This document shows, piece by piece, positions 59,437-64,000 of a stretch of DNA of 64,000 bases. The notes under the pieces are model-generated. The model ran no database searches. It saw only the letters and a list, made by a program, of their open reading frames with translations, and had not been told where the DNA came from. The stretch comes from an uncultured virus (IMG/VR IMGVR_UViG_3300025732_000033) (lineage: Duplodnaviria > Heunggongvirae > Uroviricota > Caudoviricetes). Each line of letters begins with the position of its first letter. The first letter of the stretch is position 1. The stretch is taken from the IMG/VR virus record IMGVR_UViG_3300025732_000033. The stretch is one strand, 5' to 3'. The position numbers and the translations under genes are program-made.

Positions 59437-59910
59437 ATGAAGAGATATAGTAATAAAGCTAAAAAGTTCTTCTTCCTATGGTGTGAACAATGCCAGGAGG
59501 AGATGATGGTGAGATCAGTTTTACAGCCGAACCGCAGAAAACACTCCTGCGGTTCCTGGGCTAAACCTAGATATACCGGAGTAGGTGATATATATAAATC
59601 AGATGATAAGATAGCTAGAAAAGTATATCGTTATGGTGTTGATGGTATGAATAAAGATCAAGCAGAGAAATTTTATCAAACATCTATTCAAGGATCAAAA
59701 GACAGAATCAGTGGTGTCGGTGGGGCAGCGCATTATACGCCAATGGTTCCCGATATGGATTTTATGGTTAAGCATGGAATAGCAAAACCAATTTCAAGTG
59801 ATAAAGCAGAGCAAAAGAAAAAAATACAGAAAGATTTAGTAAATAGCACTGGTGGAAACTCAAAGAAATTTAATTCAAGAAGATCAAACTCTAGCCAAAC
59901 TATAAAATGA
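59437..59910 (+). CDS. Zn-ribbon-like hypothetical protein (likely start ATG 59437)
   Basis: CEQC...HSCG; ATG 1 nt after the nrdJ stop. Confidence 0.55.
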   Translation: MKRYSNKAKKFFFLWCEQCQEEMMVRSVLQPNRRKHSCGSWAKPRYTGVGDIYKSDDKIARKVYRYGVDGMNKDQAEKFYQTSIQGSKDRISGVGGAAHYTPMVPDMDFMVKHGIAKPISSDKAEQKKKIQKDLVNSTGGNSKKFNSRRSNSSQTIK

Positions 59911-61226
59911 CTTACTCTTTTTCAGATAATATTCAGCGTGGTATTCTTTACCTTGTTAAGCACGATAAGGACTTCTACTCTCAGATTTCAAGTCTGATAA
60001 AGTCTGAATATTTTGAGTTCCCATCTTATGCATTTATCTTTGATCGCGTAAAAGCGCATTATGATAAGTATAAGGTAATACCACCTGATGAGATTCTTCT
60101 TGAAGATATTAAGAAGAATCTCCCCAAGGGGCAACTTCTCTCTGAGTATGAAGATGATATTGAACAGATCAATAACATTGACTCATCAGTAAATGAGAAT
60201 AGAGAATTTGTTCTGGATCTTATAGAGGACTTTGCACGTAAGCAGGCAATCTCCCAAGCGATCAAGGAGAGTGTGGTTCTACTTAAGGAGAATCGCATTT
60301 CCGAGATCGAAGAGAAGGTCCGCGAAGCGATGCTAGTCTCCCGTGAAGTTAACGTTGGACAGCTATACTTTCAGGATGTGGATAATAGATTTCATCGTTT
60401 GTTTGATGACAAGCAAAAGAAGAAGTATAAGACTGTATTTAACACGTTTAATAACTTCTTGGATGGTGGACTGAACTCTAAGGAGCTTGCAATAGTTATT
60501 GCACCTCCAGGTGTTGGTAAGTCACTATACCTTGTCAACCAGGGTGCTGTGGCTCTTAAGGAGAATAAGAAAGTCCTGTATATCTCTTTGGAGATGGCTG
60601 AAGATAAAATTGCACAGAGATTCGACTCCATTCTTACTTTGGTTCCAAACCATAAGCTCAAGGATAAGGCAACTTACCCACTACTAAAGGAGAGACTCTC
60701 TCAAGTTCAGAAGAGATTTGATGGTGCTCAACTTATCATCAAGGAGTTCCCAGTAGGGCAGCTTAACGTAAATCAGATCCGAGCCTTATTAGTTCAACTA
60801 AAGCTACATCATGATTTCGTTCCTGAGATTTTAATTGTAGATTACCTTGAGCTTCTACGCCCAAACCGTCAGATTGATGCTGAATACATGGCGCAGGAAA
60901 GAATTGCACAAGAGCTACGTGGATTAGCTATGGAACACAATCTGCTAGTTTGGACTGCTACCCAGACCAATAGAAGTGGTAAGAAGGTAGCCACAATTAC
61001 TGATGCAGAATTAGGTGATTCCTACGGTAAGATTCGCCCTGCCGACTGGGCAATCTCTTTAAATCAAACCGAGGAAGAATATGAGAAAGGTCGCATGAGA
61101 GTTTATGTAGTTAAGGCTAGAGATGCTAAACAGCATTATAGAATTAATGCTTCAGTGAACTATACAAACTTAACCATGGAAGAAATTTCTGAGGCTGACC
61201 TAGCGAGGCAGGACGCCTCGGGGTAA
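59907..61226 (+). CDS. gp41: Replicative DnaB-family helicase gp41-like
   Basis: APPGVGKS, YISLEM, IIKEFP, VDYL, WTATQTNR, DSYGK..PAD. Confidence 0.93.
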   Translation: MTYSFSDNIQRGILYLVKHDKDFYSQISSLIKSEYFEFPSYAFIFDRVKAHYDKYKVIPPDEILLEDIKKNLPKGQLLSEYEDDIEQINNIDSSVNENREFVLDLIEDFARKQAISQAIKESVVLLKENRISEIEEKVREAMLVSREVNVGQLYFQDVDNRFHRLFDDKQKKKYKTVFNTFNNFLDGGLNSKELAIVIAPPGVGKSLYLVNQGAVALKENKKVLYISLEMAEDKIAQRFDSILTLVPNHKLKDKATYPLLKERLSQVQKRFDGAQLIIKEFPVGQLNVNQIRALLVQLKLHHDFVPEILIVDYLELLRPNRQIDAEYMAQERIAQELRGLAMEHNLLVWTATQTNRSGKKVATITDAELGDSYGKIRPADWAISLNQTEEEYEKGRMRVYVVKARDAKQHYRINASVNYTNLTMEEISEADLARQDASG

Positions 61227-61277
61227 AATTTTAAATTATGTTCTTGAATTCTATTGCCAATATGCTATTATATAGCC

Positions 61278-61568
61278 ATGGATGATATAAGAAATTTTAG
61301 AGCTAACCAAGCTGATGATACACCTACTAAATTTTCTGTATACCGATCCGGGTCTTGGTCTTTTGCTAGTTTAACTAGCATAAACTTTACTAAGATTACT
61401 AATGATTTAGAGTATTCTAGACTTGAGTATAGATTTGGTATAGTTTATTCTAGAGAAATAGATCCTCGGAATGTATTTATGGAAGGTGGCGTAGGGGATT
61501 ATCTACTGAGGGACTCGGACGGTAATCTTAGTATAGTTAAAAAAGATGATTTTGCTAAAAAATACTAA
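61278..61568 (+). CDS. Hypothetical protein (likely leaderless start ATG 61278)
   Basis: TGCTATTAT 6 nt upstream; MEGGVGDYLL...G motif. Confidence 0.55.
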   Translation: MDDIRNFRANQADDTPTKFSVYRSGSWSFASLTSINFTKITNDLEYSRLEYRFGIVYSREIDPRNVFMEGGVGDYLLRDSDGNLSIVKKDDFAKKY

Positions 61569-62011
61569 TGTATTATCTACCAAAAGAACAAGTTAGGGAT
61601 TTAGATATTGATAAGTATCTAGAAATCCATAATAAGCTGGCAAGTATCGACAAGGATGCTCTGCCCGCTGAATTAGCTAGACATACCACGGTCTACTCCT
61701 ACTATCATGGGCTTCTCATTTGGCAGAAGCGTAAAGTAGACCTTATGGTTAATCATAACCAAGCTATGTATTCTCTGACCAAGAATAATGAGCTACTGAA
61801 CAATAAGAGTAAGGGTGCTAAAGCAACTGCATCCTACTTGGAAGATTACGTTCAGTCTAATGAAGAATACATCAAACTTAAATCAGACCTCATTTACCAA
61901 GAAGAAATTTACGGATATTTAAAGGCCATTTGCTCTATGTTGGAGCATAAGAAAGATATGCTTATTCAACTTAGTGCGAATTTACGATCAGAAACAAAAC
62001 TTTACAACTAA
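61568..62011 (+). CDS. uvsY: UvsY-like recombination mediator
   Basis: Helical, ID...L..E, ...LEHKKDMLIQL.AN.R.E; upstream of the SSB. Confidence 0.65.
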   Translation: MYYLPKEQVRDLDIDKYLEIHNKLASIDKDALPAELARHTTVYSYYHGLLIWQKRKVDLMVNHNQAMYSLTKNNELLNNKSKGAKATASYLEDYVQSNEEYIKLKSDLIYQEEIYGYLKAICSMLEHKKDMLIQLSANLRSETKLYN

Positions 62012-62028
62012 TAAAAAAGAGAAAAATT

Positions 62029-62847
62029 ATGAACTTAAATGAATTACGCAAGAAACATGAAGAACTCCTGAAGGGGAAGACCGCTGGTAGCGGTGGCGAG
62101 GGTGGCGAGAAGTATCTTAAGATAGAGGCAGGAAAGAATACTATTCGTATCCTCCCCTGGAAGGACGATAGTAAGCCTTTTTATTCCGAGGCTGTTATCC
62201 ATCGCTACACCAATGAAGAAGGTCTAATAAAGAACTTTTATTGCCGCAAGACTCAAAATGAATCATGCCCAGTATGTGATTTCTACTTTGAGCTTTGGAA
62301 GATGCACAAGGAGCTTGGCTTGGCTCCAAAGACCAAGAGCAAGTTTGGTGATCTCGCCACGAAGATTAAGGGAACCCCACGCTACTACATGAATGTCGTG
62401 GATCGTCGTCATATGGAAACCAAGTCTGATGATCCAGCAAGTGCTGTTAAGGTTCTTTCTACGGGACAAAAGGTCTTTAAGAAGATTCTTGATGGACTGT
62501 TTAATACAGAAATGATGGATGAATCTGACCCAGAGAATACGAACGTCATCTCACTTAAGAAGGGTAATGACTTCGTTCTTGAGCTTGGAAAGAGTGGTGA
62601 TTTTAATAATTATGATCAGTCTACTTTCCGTATCAAGAAGACTCCTGCTGGATCTGATCGGGAAATTAAGATTTGGATGGATGTTCTGCACGATATTCAC
62701 GCGGATATCAAAATTGGAGAATATGATGAGGGTAAGAAATTAGTAGAGTATTTGAGAGTATCTCTAGATACTACTAGTGCTGCACCATCATCTCCTAAGG
62801 ATGACGATATGGGAGAAAAGAAATTTAAGAAGGAGGTTCAAGTATGA
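62029..62847 (+). CDS. gp32: Single-stranded DNA-binding protein gp32-like
   Basis: IRILP, H...C...CPVC, RYYMNV, GNDF.L, NYDQS.F. Confidence 0.85.
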   Translation: MNLNELRKKHEELLKGKTAGSGGEGGEKYLKIEAGKNTIRILPWKDDSKPFYSEAVIHRYTNEEGLIKNFYCRKTQNESCPVCDFYFELWKMHKELGLAPKTKSKFGDLATKIKGTPRYYMNVVDRRHMETKSDDPASAVKVLSTGQKVFKKILDGLFNTEMMDESDPENTNVISLKKGNDFVLELGKSGDFNNYDQSTFRIKKTPAGSDREIKIWMDVLHDIHADIKIGEYDEGKKLVEYLRVSLDTTSAAPSSPKDDDMGEKKFKKEVQV

Positions 62848-63404
62848 AAAAATTAATGATTATAACAATGCTAGCTGTCCTAGCATTGATGTCGAGTTGC
62901 AAGTTTATAAGCGAGTCAGAGCTTGATGGCATGTCTGTTGTTACTACGGATAGCCTTTTGACTCCTGAAACCATCAAGGACCCAAAGATTGTTGCGATCC
63001 CTGATGATTTGTTTCCGGTAAGTCTAAAGGACAATCCAAAGTGGAAGGATAAGCATTTCGTCTTTGCTCCAGATGAGCTAATAAAGCCAAGTGCTCCAAG
63101 AATTGATCTTACTCCAAGTGAGACTAGTGTTTGGATTCTTGATACATTAGCGATGGCAGCGGGAGTAGCTAAGACATTTTTTCCTCAATTAGCATTCTTG
63201 GAAGTAATCCTTGTAATGCTATCCAAAAGAAAGCGTCAGAACTATAAGGATGCTATTGCAGCAGTTGTGCCCTATGATGGTAATGTAGACCTTGTAGGTG
63301 CTTTAGTGGGTATAGCTAAGGCTCTTGGTGTGGCCCATAGTCGGCCTGAGCCTGTAGCAGCGACTACAGACCCCTCACCACCCGCAGCCCCTGTAAAAGC
63401 TTGA
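62844..63404 (+). CDS. Putative lipoprotein/membrane protein
   Basis: MKK + hydrophobic stretch + MSSC lipobox-like; later hydrophobic helices. Confidence 0.55.
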   Translation: MKKLMIITMLAVLALMSSCKFISESELDGMSVVTTDSLLTPETIKDPKIVAIPDDLFPVSLKDNPKWKDKHFVFAPDELIKPSAPRIDLTPSETSVWILDTLAMAAGVAKTFFPQLAFLEVILVMLSKRKRQNYKDAIAAVVPYDGNVDLVGALVGIAKALGVAHSRPEPVAATTDPSPPAAPVKA

Positions 63405-63423
63405 TTCTAATTGAATAAGCTTT

Positions 63424-63456
63424 AACCCCTCAAGATTGATCTTGAGGGGTTTTTTT
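63424..63456 (+). terminator. Rho-independent terminator ending the replication operon
   Basis: AACCCCTCAAGAT-tg-ATCTTGAGGGGTT plus T run. Confidence 0.9.
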
Positions 63457-63490
63457 ATTTTTATATGTATTATTGACTATAATGATACAT

Positions 63491-64000
63491 ATGTCAAATA
63501 AATTAAAAATATTAGTTGTAAACCCAAATACAGGCGGGTGTGCATATTACAGAAGCCTGATGCCATACCATAAGTTACAAGAACTTTATTCAGACAAAGT
63601 TGATATAAGATTTGATGATAATCCATTAAAACTAAATACAGCAAATGGAACTTTTGAATACCCAGGAGCAGATTTAGATAATCCTCCCGAGAACATAGAG
63701 TGGGCTCACGTAGTTTTGATAAATAATATCAGTAACTATGGTGGTCCTTATACTGCTAGAGTTCTTGGAATGGCAAGAAAAGCGGGTAAGTTTGTTCATT
63801 TTGATACTGATGATTTATTAACTGAGCTTTATGAGGAGCATCATTTAATTGATGTTTATAAAAATCAAGGTTTAAGTGAATTAACAAAGCATTTATATGC
63901 AAATTCAGATCTTGTTACAGTAACACAAACTAAGTTTGCAGAAAGAATAAAACCTTATTGTTCGTCAATTCTTGCTGTAGTGAAGAATGCTATAGATTAT
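63491..64000 (+). CDS. GT-B glycosyltransferase, 3'-truncated (not in the ORF track)
   Basis: MSNKLKILVVNPNTGGCAYYRSLMP...VHFDTDDLL...SDLVTVT...VVKNAIDY; open to the window end; TATAAT 7 nt upstream. Confidence 0.8.
   Translation, partial: MSNKLKILVVNPNTGGCAYYRSLMPYHKLQELYSDKVDIRFDDNPLKLNTANGTFEYPGADLDNPPENIEWAHVVLINNISNYGGPYTARVLGMARKAGKFVHFDTDDLLTELYEEHHLIDVYKNQGLSELTKHLYANSDLVTVTQTKFAERIKPYCSSILAVVKNAIDY

Noticed and set aside
2589..63034. Numerous short alternative-frame or antisense ORFs in the track (e.g. 2589-2837, 16272-16664, 49114-49416, 50474-50842, 57776-58090)
   Set aside because: They are nested in well-supported genes, have no motifs, and show the composition of antisense shadows.
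1..64000. tRNA, rRNA, structured ncRNA, integrase or transposase
   Set aside because: None recognised; intergenic gaps are under about 130 nt and are explained by promoters and terminators. A covariance-model search was not run.

Overview
64 kb, near-fully coding fragment of a large, AT-rich T4-superfamily-like myovirus genome (standard genetic code; no tRNA, CRISPR array, integrase or RT seen). It contains a truncated GGTG-repeat tail fibre; UvsW, primase and a Cas4-like nuclease interleaved with tail genes; a large baseplate/tail module (tape measure, gp53, hub, gp5, gp25, gp6, gp7-like, beta-helix and Cys-rich proteins, PAAR); head genes (gp21, gp22, gp23); neck/tail genes (gp13, 14, 15, 18, 19); and a replication block (Hjc-like resolvase, gp55-like late sigma, family A polymerase, ThyX, gp47/gp46, NrdJ, gp41, UvsY, gp32) ending in a partial glycosyltransferase. 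Main findings: (1) a family A DNA polymerase cleanly split into three coupled ORFs, with a degenerate UDG domain, altered motifs and a nearby Cys-less thioredoxin-fold gene; (2) an unannotated gp51-like ORF reachable from gp26 via a -1 slippery site (T TTT TTT); (3) a recurring symmetric CTATTATA/CTATAAT box at divergent junctions, often 6-8 nt before a start codon (bidirectional, leaderless promoters); (4) four tandem 8-Cys repeats in a protein next to PAAR. All protein calls come from motif recognition by eye, not database searches.
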